Part shown: piece after piece, positions 24,786 to 32,000 of the stretch
Position numbering within the stretch: the first letter of the stretch is position 1
How the letters are laid out: every line of letters starts with the position of its first letter
NCBI GenBank assembly: GCA_041494705.1
Contig: JBGQBI010000001.1
Location: 360,001-392,000, forward strand
Reading direction: 5' to 3'
DNA from: Candidatus Methanoperedens sp.
GTDB taxonomy: Archaea > Halobacteriota > Methanosarcinia > Methanosarcinales > Methanoperedenaceae
DNA: 32,000 nucleotides
The notes under the pieces: generated by a model
Databases searched by the model: none
What the model was told of the DNA's origin: nothing
What the model saw: only the letters and a program-made list of their open reading frames with translations
Position numbers and translations under genes: made by a program

Positions 24786-24857
24786 AGCCCCGGGAGGGAA
24801 TTGAACCCTCGACCTCGTCCTTACCAAGGACGCGCTATACCTCTAAGCCACCGAGGC
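24786..24857 (-). tRNA. tRNA-Thr (anticodon GGU)
   Basis: Hand-folded from the minus-strand sequence GCCTCGGTGGCTTAGAGGTATAGCGCGTCCTTGGTAAGGACGAGGTCGAGGGTTCAATTCCCTCCCGGGGCT. The acceptor stem is GCCTCGG/CCGGGGC, the anticodon stem CGTCC/GGACG with loop TTGGTAA, and the T arm GAGGG-TTCAATT-CCCTC. CCA is not encoded and there is no intron. Confidence 0.85.
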
Positions 24858-24888
24858 GCTATTGATTTTTGCCAGGATATATTTTAAG

Positions 24889-24963
24889 CGGGCCCGGAGG
24901 GATTCGAACCCTCGACATCCGGGTTAGAAGCCCGGCGCTATATCCAAGCTAAGCCACGAGCCC
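24889..24963 (-). tRNA. tRNA-Arg (anticodon UCU)
   Basis: Hand-folded from the minus-strand sequence GGGCTCGTGGCTTAGCTTGGATATAGCGCCGGGCTTCTAACCCGGATGTCGAGGGTTCGAATCCCTCCGGGCCCG. The acceptor stem is GGGCTCG/CGGGCCC, the anticodon stem CCGGG/CCCGG with loop CTTCTAA, and the T arm GAGGG-TTCGAAT-CCCTC. CCA is not encoded. Confidence 0.85.
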
Positions 24964-24989
24964 AGCGCGAAACTCCAAGATGTTTTGTT

Positions 24990-25009
24990 TATTTAAAAAG
25001 CTTTGTGAA
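24990..25009 (-). promoter_or_regulatory. Putative tRNA-Arg promoter: TTCACAA-N5-TTTAAATA (minus strand)
   Basis: The TATA box ends about 27 nt upstream of the mature tRNA 5' end (24963). A single TTCACAA box sits at the same N5 distance seen in the taxis-gene promoters. Confidence 0.55.
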
Positions 25010-26053
25010 TCAGACACCGTATTCTTTTTTCAGGGAATCGATTTCAGGCAATAAAATATAATCAAGCGACGTACCTTTCGCTTCTCTTATCTGCATTACC
25101 TTGATAAGCTCGGAATATTTCCCCCCCGCAAGACCATTCGCAATAAGCGCAGCTCCCTGGGCTGCTTCTTTAACGTTCTTCACACCAAAACCCCCAAGTC
25201 TTCTTACCGGCGCAACATCTATTCGCCTTTTTAATTCATCAAAAAGCCCCTTGACCCTTGAAATCCTCCCCGAAACAAGGATTTCATCCGGTTTAACCGA
25301 TGCTGTAAGCGCAAGGACATTTTTGGTTGCACCCTCAAGATATGCATTCAAAGCATCCTCATGTTCCATCAATTTTTCGGGTGTTTTTGCAAGAGTCTCA
25401 ACGCCCCCTTTGAAAATAAGCTCTTTATTAAATCCTCCCAGAAGATAAGCAAGCTCTGCGTCCATGCTGCCCAGAGAAAGAAAACCAATATTACCGGAGC
25501 TTCCTCCGATACCATCTACGATTTTTCCATTGTTTACTGCAATGGCAGCCGTATATCCGTATCCCATTTCCAGTAATATGAAACATGTTTCACTGTAACT
25601 CTTTTCGTACCTCAATGCCTGGTCCCGAATCCCAAGAGCGGCGCAGCATAGTTTATCAGCCGTACCCATATCGATTTTATTTAATTTCCGAAAATTCGGG
25701 ACTGTCGGGAGATGAATCACACCTGGAATGAAAAAGACGGGAAGCTCATTTTTTTTCATCTGGTTAATCGATGCGCGCATCCCGAGATTACTTTTTTTGT
25801 CTTCTTTTTTGATAAGCGACATAAGGAACAATTCCCTCTCTCCTATGTCTTTGATACCGGTTACCGGAATGCCAAACCCGGATGGCCCCACCACGAGTTC
25901 GGCTCCGGTTTTTTTTATAATATCAGAGAGCAGTCCGGGGTCTTTGATTATATCCCTGGTTGGTATCGAAGTATCAAGGATTACCGTGTCATCTTCCAGA
26001 CCGCAAAAATCAAAACTTTTCGTGCCCGGGTCTATGCCGATTACTCTGACCAT
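25010..26053 (-). CDS. ASKHA-fold protein, DUF1464 / predicted butyrate-kinase-like family
   Basis: The N-terminal VIGIDPGTKSFDFCG is an actin/hexokinase-type phosphate-1 motif. At 347 aa the overall look is that of the archaeal DUF1464 family; this assignment is from memory. Confidence 0.55.
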   Translation of the reverse strand: MVRVIGIDPGTKSFDFCGLEDDTVILDTSIPTRDIIKDPGLLSDIIKKTGAELVVGPSGFGIPVTGIKDIGERELFLMSLIKKEDKKSNLGMRASINQMKKNELPVFFIPGVIHLPTVPNFRKLNKIDMGTADKLCCAALGIRDQALRYEKSYSETCFILLEMGYGYTAAIAVNNGKIVDGIGGSSGNIGFLSLGSMDAELAYLLGGFNKELIFKGGVETLAKTPEKLMEHEDALNAYLEGATKNVLALTASVKPDEILVSGRISRVKGLFDELKRRIDVAPVRRLGGFGVKNVKEAAQGAALIANGLAGGKYSELIKVMQIREAKGTSLDYILLPEIDSLKKEYGV

Positions 26054-26085
26054 ATCCCCAATTTATCATACTAGCTCTTTAAGGT

Positions 26086-26268
26086 TTATGTTCTTGCGGG
26101 CTTCCTTTCAACAACTTTTATCCAATGACCAGGGCTCACCTCGGCAAGAACCGCAGCATCAGGTGGAAGTTCGTCAAAATAAATTGTTTCATCGCTCAGC
26201 GGATGGATTTCACCGCCGCACACCGGGCATTTCTCAGAATACGTTTTTCTTTTTTTAAGAACTGGCAT
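26086..26268 (-). CDS. Small hypothetical protein with one CxxC knuckle
   Basis: I chose the start at the second ATG ([24 protein letters not shown]...), 8 nt downstream of GGGAGG. The longer track ORF would overlap the gatD promoter/start region. It lies directly upstream of the DUF1464 gene. Confidence 0.45.
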   Translation of the reverse strand: MPVLKKRKTYSEKCPVCGGEIHPLSDETIYFDELPPDAAVLAEVSPGHWIKVVERKPART

Positions 26269-26380
26269 AGACATAACCTCCCTTTCTATGTTATTACTGT
26301 GTGACCACTGCGACATAATAGTATTGGTTGGTGAAGAGCATAGTTTTTTATTATCTTCTGCTATTATAAAACAGGATAAC

Positions 26381-27631
26381 ATGCAGGCAGAAGAATACGA
26401 TAAAGTCAGGGTGGAAAGTAAAGGCGTCCGCTATGAAGGGGTACTGATGCCTTCACAGACGGAAAGCATAGTCCTGAAATTAAAAAATGGTTACAATATC
26501 GGGCTTGAGCGCGAATCCGCATCCATAACCCTGCTTGAGAAAAAAGAAGAGAAAAAACCACACAGTGAACCTGTTCGCGCCGGGAAAAAAAAAGGAAAGC
26601 TGCCTAACATCTCCATCCTCTCGACAGGCGGGACAATCGCAAGCAAGATAGATTACCGCACAGGCGCCGTGACTTCGCAATTCTCGGCAGATGATATCCT
26701 TCGTGCAATCCCTGAACTTGAAGAAATAGCAGATTATAACTGCCGCATGATTTACAGTATCCTTAGCGAGAACATGCGCCCTTCCTACTGGGTGGAGCTT
26801 GCGCGCGCTGTATATGAGGAAATCAAAAATGGCGCCGACGGTATCATTATTACGCACGGCACTGATACCATGATGTACACGGCCGCAGCATTATCGTTCA
26901 TGATTGAAACGCCTGTTCCTATCGTGCTTGTCGGCTCCCAGCGAAGCGCAGACAGGCCAAGCAGCGACAATGCCATGAACGCTATATGCGCCGCTTCTGT
27001 GGCGGTGAGCGACATCGCCGAGGTATGCGTGGTGATGCACGGCGGAACTAGCGACGATTTCTGCTATATCCACAGGGGAACAAAGGTACGGAAAATGCAC
27101 ACTTCGCGCCGCGATGCATTCCAGTCAATCAACACAAAGCCAATAGGACGGGTCGAATACTCGTCACGCGAGATTAGGCCCCTCACATCGTATGTTAAGC
27201 GGGGCGAGAAAGAACTGGCGATCCATGATAAGCTCGAATCCAAATGCGCCCTTTTAAAATACGTTACAGGCGCAAGCAGCGAATCTCTTTTATTCCATTC
27301 AGGCTCAGGTTATAAAGGCATTGTGATTGAAGGCACCGGTCTCGGGCACGTTTCAACAGAATGGGTTCCGGTTATCAAATCAACAGTAGATGCCGGCATA
27401 CCGGTTGTCATAACCTCGCAATGCATCAGCGGGAGGGTATGCGACCGCGTTTACGATACGGGCAGGGATATGTTAAAGGCGGGCGCAATCGAAGGAGAAG
27501 ACATGCTTTCTGAAGTGGCGCTTGTCAAACTTATGTGGGTATTGGGGCAGACGCAGGATATCGAAAATGTGAAAAAGATGATGCATACAAATATCGCAGG
27601 CGAGATAACCCGGAGCACATGCATATCATAA
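26381..27631 (+). CDS. gatD: Glutamyl-tRNA(Gln) amidotransferase subunit D (GatD)
   Basis: The N-terminal GatD-type domain is [17 protein letters not shown]. The asparaginase domain has [16 protein letters not shown] and LVGSQRS. I took the start at the ATG at 26381 (MQAEEYD...). Confidence 0.9.
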   Translation: MQAEEYDKVRVESKGVRYEGVLMPSQTESIVLKLKNGYNIGLERESASITLLEKKEEKKPHSEPVRAGKKKGKLPNISILSTGGTIASKIDYRTGAVTSQFSADDILRAIPELEEIADYNCRMIYSILSENMRPSYWVELARAVYEEIKNGADGIIITHGTDTMMYTAAALSFMIETPVPIVLVGSQRSADRPSSDNAMNAICAASVAVSDIAEVCVVMHGGTSDDFCYIHRGTKVRKMHTSRRDAFQSINTKPIGRVEYSSREIRPLTSYVKRGEKELAIHDKLESKCALLKYVTGASSESLLFHSGSGYKGIVIEGTGLGHVSTEWVPVIKSTVDAGIPVVITSQCISGRVCDRVYDTGRDMLKAGAIEGEDMLSEVALVKLMWVLGQTQDIENVKKMMHTNIAGEITRSTCIS

Positions 27632-27712
27632 TGATAATAATAATTATTTATATCATATAATATAAGCGTAAATATTAAATACTATTAAAACCTTCATGAA
27701 TATTGTTGTAGA

Positions 27713-27779
27713 ATTAGGTATCTAATGCCTTTAGTACCCTCAGTCTCCTTCGACCCATCGTTTTTATTAGATACCTAAT
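27713..27779. repeat. Perfect 14-bp inverted repeat (ATTAGGTATCTAAT ... ATTAGATACCTAAT) with a 39-nt spacer in an AT-rich convergent intergenic region
   Basis: Arms are at 27713-27726 and 27766-27779, between the 3' ends of gatD (+) and moaC (-). A T5 run at 27761-27765 precedes the right arm. Confidence 0.7.
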
Positions 27780-27790
27780 CCCTACTCCTA

Positions 27791-28252
27791 TTAATGTTCT
27801 TTGAATTTCTCTAATACCTTGATGTTTTTGATTAATGTAAACGGATAGTTACCCGTTTCGTCTTTTTCTTGTGATTTCACCATATCCCATATTGTAAGCA
27901 GCGCCACATTAACACCGTGCAGCGCTTCCATCTCCACCCCTGTTTTTCCAATCGTTCTTACTTCGACTGTTGCAATTATTGAGTCCCCGTTTATCTCAAA
28001 CCGGACATCGATGCCTGTTACAGGTATCGGATGGCACATCGGTATCACAAAAGACGTCTGCTTGACTGCCATGATTGAAGCGATGCGCGCGGTTTCAAGC
28101 ACCGACCCCTTCTCAATTTGTTTGTTCTTGATAGCCTCGATGGTTCCGGGCTTCAATTGTATCTCGCCGACAGCCACCGCACGCCTTTTAACCTCTTTCT
28201 TATCGCTGATATCAACCATCTTTGCCCTGTCATCCTGTATATGCGAAAACAT
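27791..28252 (-). CDS. moaC: Cyclic pyranopterin monophosphate synthase accessory protein MoaC
   Basis: MVDISDK, IPMCHPIP and GVEMEALHGVNVALLTIWDM are canonical MoaC blocks. I preferred the ATG at 28252 over the TTG at 28258. Confidence 0.9.
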   Translation of the reverse strand: MFSHIQDDRAKMVDISDKKEVKRRAVAVGEIQLKPGTIEAIKNKQIEKGSVLETARIASIMAVKQTSFVIPMCHPIPVTGIDVRFEINGDSIIATVEVRTIGKTGVEMEALHGVNVALLTIWDMVKSQEKDETGNYPFTLIKNIKVLEKFKEH

Positions 28253-28254
28253 TT

Positions 28255-28425
28255 TCAATCTATCCGAACTTGTTTTCTCTTTTCAAAATCCGAAAGCAGT
28301 TCATCCAGTTTTCCTGACAGGGCTTTTGCCTCATTTAGTTTTAACCGGATTATGGTCCCATCTTCATCATGCTTGAATACCAATCTTATTCTATTTCGTT
28401 CTATATCTGCCAGTATCTCTCTCAT
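28255..28425 (-). CDS. Unannotated 56-aa ORF translationally coupled between nnr and moaC
   Basis: Hand translation gives MREILADIERNRIRLVFKHDEDGTIIRLKLNEAKALSGKLDELLSDFEKRKQVRID. Its ATG overlaps the nnr stop (ATGA) and its TGA lies 2 nt before the moaC ATG. It falls below the 60-aa cutoff of the ORF track. Confidence 0.5.
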   Translation of the reverse strand: MREILADIERNRIRLVFKHDEDGTIIRLKLNEAKALSGKLDELLSDFEKRKQVRID

Positions 28426-29876
28426 GTTTTCATCACCGCCGGGATATAATCAATGACATCAGTCGCAAGAAGGCCGTATCCAAATTCCGTAAATGCAAGG
28501 TCGCCAGCTGCGCCATTAATAAACGCTCCTGCGCATGCCGCTGGGAAAGCTTCGTGTTTTGCATAAAGGGCGCCTGTCAGGCCTGCAAGCACGTCTCCCG
28601 TCCCACCGACGGTCATACCTGCATTTCCCGTCCTGTTTGCTCTGACCTCGATTCCATCTGAGATGATATCAATGGCGCCTTTTATCAGTACATTTACTTT
28701 ATATTCTCTGGCGAAATCCATAATGAATTTGGTTTTTTCTTTTTGGTCAAGGGGAACATCAACACCGGATAATCGTTTCATTTCACCCTTATGAGGCGTA
28801 ATGATTATGTTCCTGTTCAGCAGGTGAACAAGTTCCGGCGTCAGGGCATCGGCATCGATTACGGCTTTCCTGCACAGAGGAACTATTTTTTTAATAGCCG
28901 AAAAGGTCTCATCCTCTGTCCCAAGTCCCATTCCCATTACGACCACATCATGTTTTGCGATAAGCTCGGAGATAACAGGAATATCGTCTTCCACTAACCT
29001 ATCGCCTGAAAGCCCGCGAACGATGAGATTTGGGGAAAAAGAAGCGATTATATCTGAAACATTCCGCGGCGCTGCCACCGTAACTATATCGGCGCCGGCA
29101 CGGAGAGCCCCTAGTGCGGCAAGCGCTGGTGCTCCTGAATATGCGCCGCCTCCTATGACCAGAACCCTTCCCGCATCGCCTTTATGACTTTCTACAGGTC
29201 TTTTCAAAAATGGCTGGATATCGCCGGGGCCAACAAAAAATTCAGCTTCCGGAGGTATGCCTATATCAACCACACGGATTTCGCCTGCATATTCACGGGC
29301 GTTTTCGGATAGCAATCCCGTTTTCATTTTATGGAACGTAAGGGTCAGCCCTGCATGAACGGATTTCTCAAACTCGCCCCCGTCAGGGTCAAATCCGGAC
29401 GGCACATCCACTGAGATGACAAAAGAGCCTGAGCCATTGATAAGATCGATGGCGGAAGATTCAGGTTCGTGTATTTTCCCGCGAATTCCTGTCCCGAAAA
29501 TCCCGTCAATAATCACGTCGGCATCTTTTATCATGGAACGGTCAATCGCTGTTGAATCTGCGGCTTCGATTAGCTGAATTGATGTATTTTCAAGAGCTTT
29601 CCAGTTATGCGCAGCCTCTTTTGTTTTAAGCTCTTCTTTTTTTCCGATAAGAATCACCGTGACATCATATCCTGATAGGTGCCGCGCAGCCACGAATGCG
29701 TCGCCTCCATTATTCCCTCTTCCTGCAATGATTACGATTTTGCCCGAGCTTATCCTTTCTTTAACGGCCCGTGCGACAGCAGCGCCTGCATTTTCCATGA
29801 GCTGTATGCGTTTTATCCCGAGATATTCGCAATTGGCGTCGATGGCTGCCATGCGGGATGAGGTGATTGCTTGCAT
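28422..29876 (-). CDS. nnr: Bifunctional NAD(P)H-hydrate repair enzyme Nnr (epimerase + ADP-dependent dehydratase)
   Basis: The YjeF-N part is IIAGRGNNGGDAFVAARHL. The C-terminal carbohydrate-kinase part is VIGGGAYSGAPALAALGALRAGAD and GTGDVLAG. I chose the start at MQAITSSRMAAID (29876) rather than the track start at 29951. Confidence 0.9.
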   Translation of the reverse strand: MQAITSSRMAAIDANCEYLGIKRIQLMENAGAAVARAVKERISSGKIVIIAGRGNNGGDAFVAARHLSGYDVTVILIGKKEELKTKEAAHNWKALENTSIQLIEAADSTAIDRSMIKDADVIIDGIFGTGIRGKIHEPESSAIDLINGSGSFVISVDVPSGFDPDGGEFEKSVHAGLTLTFHKMKTGLLSENAREYAGEIRVVDIGIPPEAEFFVGPGDIQPFLKRPVESHKGDAGRVLVIGGGAYSGAPALAALGALRAGADIVTVAAPRNVSDIIASFSPNLIVRGLSGDRLVEDDIPVISELIAKHDVVVMGMGLGTEDETFSAIKKIVPLCRKAVIDADALTPELVHLLNRNIIITPHKGEMKRLSGVDVPLDQKEKTKFIMDFAREYKVNVLIKGAIDIISDGIEVRANRTGNAGMTVGGTGDVLAGLTGALYAKHEAFPAACAGAFINGAAGDLAFTEFGYGLLATDVIDYIPAVMKT

Positions 29877-29974
29877 AATTGGTAATTTCACCCGCGAACA
29901 CTTATAATTTATTAAACTGTTAAGGGATATAATGAAATATGATTCGTTCATATTCAGCGTTTGCGGAGTATTAA

Positions 29975-30478
29975 ATGTCTCAAATGTCCCAACAACATGC
30001 GTCCCATCTAAAGCGCATCAGAACCATAGCCGACTACCAGTTTGGTCTCGGCGCCGGCGAAGCTCTTTTCCCTGACAACGTGGAATTCAAGTTCTCAACA
30101 ACAAAAAGAATCCGCCAGATACTGCTTGATAATAACCGGATAGCCACAATCAGGGCAAAGGACGGCATGCTTACACTCAGCATCATGGGCGCAGGGAAGC
30201 TTCATGGATTAATTGGCTATCCCGGTCGCAGGGTAGTAGTTAACAGCGATGCTGCGCCTTTCGTGGCGAAGGGCAAAACCGCTTTTTCGCGGCATGTGGT
30301 TGCTGTTGACCCTGATGTCAGGGCTGGCGAGGAAGTTCTCGTGGTGGATGAAAACGACCGCCTGCTCGCTACAGGGAAAGCCGTGCTGTCTCCACTTGAA
30401 ATGCTCGCGTTCAAGAAGGGCATTGCTGTGGATGTGAGGAACGGGATAGAAACCGGGGATAAAACCGATAGTGAGTGA
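29975..30478 (+). CDS. PUA-domain RNA-binding protein
   Basis: 167 aa. The C-terminal VVAVDPDVRAGEEVLVVDENDRLLATGKAVLSPLEMLAFKKGIAVDVR is a typical PUA pattern. The N-terminal IADYQFG block resembles archaeal PUA proteins. Confidence 0.6.
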   Translation: MSQMSQQHASHLKRIRTIADYQFGLGAGEALFPDNVEFKFSTTKRIRQILLDNNRIATIRAKDGMLTLSIMGAGKLHGLIGYPGRRVVVNSDAAPFVAKGKTAFSRHVVAVDPDVRAGEEVLVVDENDRLLATGKAVLSPLEMLAFKKGIAVDVRNGIETGDKTDSE

Positions 30479-30485
30479 ACTAATT

Positions 30486-30557
30486 CACCGCTGAGGCGCA
30501 AAGACCGCAAAGGACACAGCTATTGTCCAACTCAGCGTCCTCTGCGTCTTTGCGGTG
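30486..30557. repeat. REP/BIME-like imperfect palindromic element, copy 2 (arms in the opposite order to copy 1)
   Basis: caccgctgaggcgcaaagaccgcaaag (30486-30512) matches the copy-1 right arm at 23/27. ctcagcgtcctctgcgtctttgcggtg (30531-30557) matches the copy-1 left arm at 21/27. A small central hairpin GGACA-N7-TGTCC lies between them. Confidence 0.8.
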
Positions 30558-30651
30558 ATTTAACTCGTACCTCTATTTTATTACTCTGGGTTATCTACTC
30601 GCATGGTAAATATTATATATAGTAATGTTGTATTATGCCTCGGTGAAGTTA

Positions 30652-31926
30652 ATGAGTCACGTTATCGGATTGAAATGCAGGGAATGCGGCGCCGAGTACC
30701 CTGCGGTTATCCAGAATACATGTTATGAGTGCTTTGGCCCCCTTGAAGTCAATTACGACTGGGATTATATTTCTAACCATATCAGCAAAGAGAAAATCGC
30801 AGCAGGCCCGAAATCCATATGGAGATACGCAGACCTCCTGCCCCTTGAATCCGAAAAACGCATCGACCTCGGTGCGGGTTTCAATAAGCTTCATCACGCA
30901 GACCGCCTTGGCGCGGTGCTTGGCCTTGATGAACTTTATATCCTTGATGAATCCGTGAATCCCACCAACTCCTTTAAAGACAGGGTGACATCGGTAGCTA
31001 TATCAAAAGCAATCGAATTCGATGTAAAAGCCGTGGGATGCGCAAGCACGGGCAACCTCGCGGCAGCCGTAGGGGCGCACGCAGCGAAGGCAGGATTGCC
31101 AGCTTATATTTTCATCCCTGCCACAATCGAGCTTGGCAAGATTGTCCAGATGCTCATCTACGGCCCCAACGTCGTCGCGGTGGAAGGCACGTACGACGAC
31201 GCCAACCGCCTTGCAAGCGAGGTGGCAGACTCGCATCCTGACTGGGCTTTTGTGAATATAAATATCCGTCCTTATTATACTGAAGGTTCCAAGACGCTGG
31301 CTTATGAAACGGCTGAGCAGTTGAAATGGCAGGTTCCCGACCATATCGTGGCTCCAATGGCAAGCGGGGCGCTGCTGTGTGCCATTTCGCGCGGGTACAA
31401 GGAACTTGAACGTGTTGGCCTTGTGGACAAAGCGGATGTCAGGATTTCAGGGTCGCAGCCGCTCAATTGTTCACCAATATCCTGCGCTGTCCAGCATAAT
31501 AGCGAAGTAATCCCGGTGAGAAACTTCGAGACAGTGGCGCACAGCCTTGCGATAGGCAATCCGGCTGACGGGTACTATGCAAAGAAGACAATCCTGGATT
31601 CAGGCGGCTATGCGGCAACACCTACCGATACCGAAATCATTGAAGCAATACATCTTCTTGCAAGGACTGAAGGCATATTCACAGAACCCGCAGGAGGCAC
31701 TACCATCGCGGGTTTACAGAAACTTGTTGAAAGCGGACACATACAGCACGATGAACGCGTCGTGGTCTATGTTACAGGAAATGGTCTCAAGGCGCAGGAG
31801 ACATTACTTAAATCATTGCAGCGCCCGCCTGTTATTAAGCCCATGCTGAGCGAGTTTGAAAAACTCACCGCGCCCGGCATTGATATTCATAAACAGCAAG
31901 TGGCTTCACCCCTTGCGCATTCCTAA
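30652..31926 (+). CDS. thrC: Threonine synthase family PLP enzyme with an N-terminal Zn-ribbon
   Basis: The Zn-ribbon is CRECG-x13-CYEC. The PLP-lysine motif is NPTNSFKDR. It also has CASTGNLAAA and YVTGNGLK. I took the start at the ATG at 30652. Confidence 0.8.
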   Translation: MSHVIGLKCRECGAEYPAVIQNTCYECFGPLEVNYDWDYISNHISKEKIAAGPKSIWRYADLLPLESEKRIDLGAGFNKLHHADRLGAVLGLDELYILDESVNPTNSFKDRVTSVAISKAIEFDVKAVGCASTGNLAAAVGAHAAKAGLPAYIFIPATIELGKIVQMLIYGPNVVAVEGTYDDANRLASEVADSHPDWAFVNINIRPYYTEGSKTLAYETAEQLKWQVPDHIVAPMASGALLCAISRGYKELERVGLVDKADVRISGSQPLNCSPISCAVQHNSEVIPVRNFETVAHSLAIGNPADGYYAKKTILDSGGYAATPTDTEIIEAIHLLARTEGIFTEPAGGTTIAGLQKLVESGHIQHDERVVVYVTGNGLKAQETLLKSLQRPPVIKPMLSEFEKLTAPGIDIHKQQVASPLAHS

Positions 31927-31937
31927 AGGTGATACAA

Positions 31938-32000
31938 ATGGTCAAAATAAGATTTTCATCTGCATTGAGCAATGTTACCCATGCTCGCGAAACGATTCTG
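31938..32000 (+). CDS. 5' end of a small ORF resembling MoaD/ThiS-type ubiquitin-like sulfur carriers (truncated by the window edge)
   Basis: AGGTGAT lies 5 nt upstream of the ATG. MVKIRFSSALSNVTHARETIL resembles the first beta-strand and loop of MoaD-like proteins (M.i.v.fFa.lre..g...). Only 21 codons are visible. Confidence 0.35.
   Translation, partial: MVKIRFSSALSNVTHARETIL

Noticed and set aside
24576-24827. 83-aa minus-strand ORF spanning the trm1 upstream region and part of tRNA-Thr.
   Set aside because: It overlaps a well-folded tRNA gene and a promoter region and has no coding features.
1-32000. Whether the window is part of a plasmid, virus, Borg-like or other mobile element.
   Set aside because: I saw no integrase, transposase, replication, capsid or conjugation genes and no perfect tandem direct repeats. 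The content is dominated by housekeeping genes, and composition looks even apart from short AT-rich promoter spacers.
1-32000. In-frame TAG (pyrrolysine) or TGA (selenocysteine) recoding, and intron-containing tRNAs.
   Set aside because: All called genes are uninterrupted between conventional start and stop codons. Both tRNAs fold without introns.

Overview
By gene content this is an archaeal chromosomal segment, probably Methanosarcinales or ANME-like. That is inferred from an Fpo/Nuo complex ending in an FpoO-like ORF, two-subunit PycA/PycB, GatD, Trm1, archaellum ArlC/D/E, TATA-box promoters and tRNA genes without encoded CCA. I cannot confirm the taxon without a database search. Coding is dense on both strands.

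Gene order:
- 3' end of a complex-I-like operon: split subunit J, K, L, M, N and a small Cys-rich FpoO-like ORF.
- An RHH/PIN toxin-antitoxin pair.
- A taxis/motility-type island (about 7.2-16.8 kb): HEAT_PBS-CheC-like fusion, ArlC-ArlD/E fusion, KaiC/ArlH-like ATPase, and two tandemly duplicated MCP-CheW units.
- RNase HI and three hypothetical genes.
- birA, pycA, pycB and trm1.
- tRNA-Thr(GGU) and tRNA-Arg(UCU).
- A DUF1464-like gene, gatD, moaC, nnr and a PUA protein.
- A ThrC-family enzyme followed by the first codons of a MoaD/ThiS-like ORF.

I saw no CRISPR array, rRNA, transposase or integrase.

Main second-look items:
- (a) A HEAT_PBS-CheC fusion carries an exact CheC phosphatase motif and abuts an orphan ArlCDE gene.
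- (b) A doubled TTCACA box sits at fixed spacing from the TATA box in three taxis-gene promoters.
- (c) A REP/BIME-like palindromic element occurs twice.
- (d) An untracked 56-aa ORF is translationally coupled between nnr and moaC.
- (e) A Zn-ribbon ThrC-like gene is followed by a sulfur-carrier-like ORF.
- (f) The pycA-birA spacer is heavily structured.
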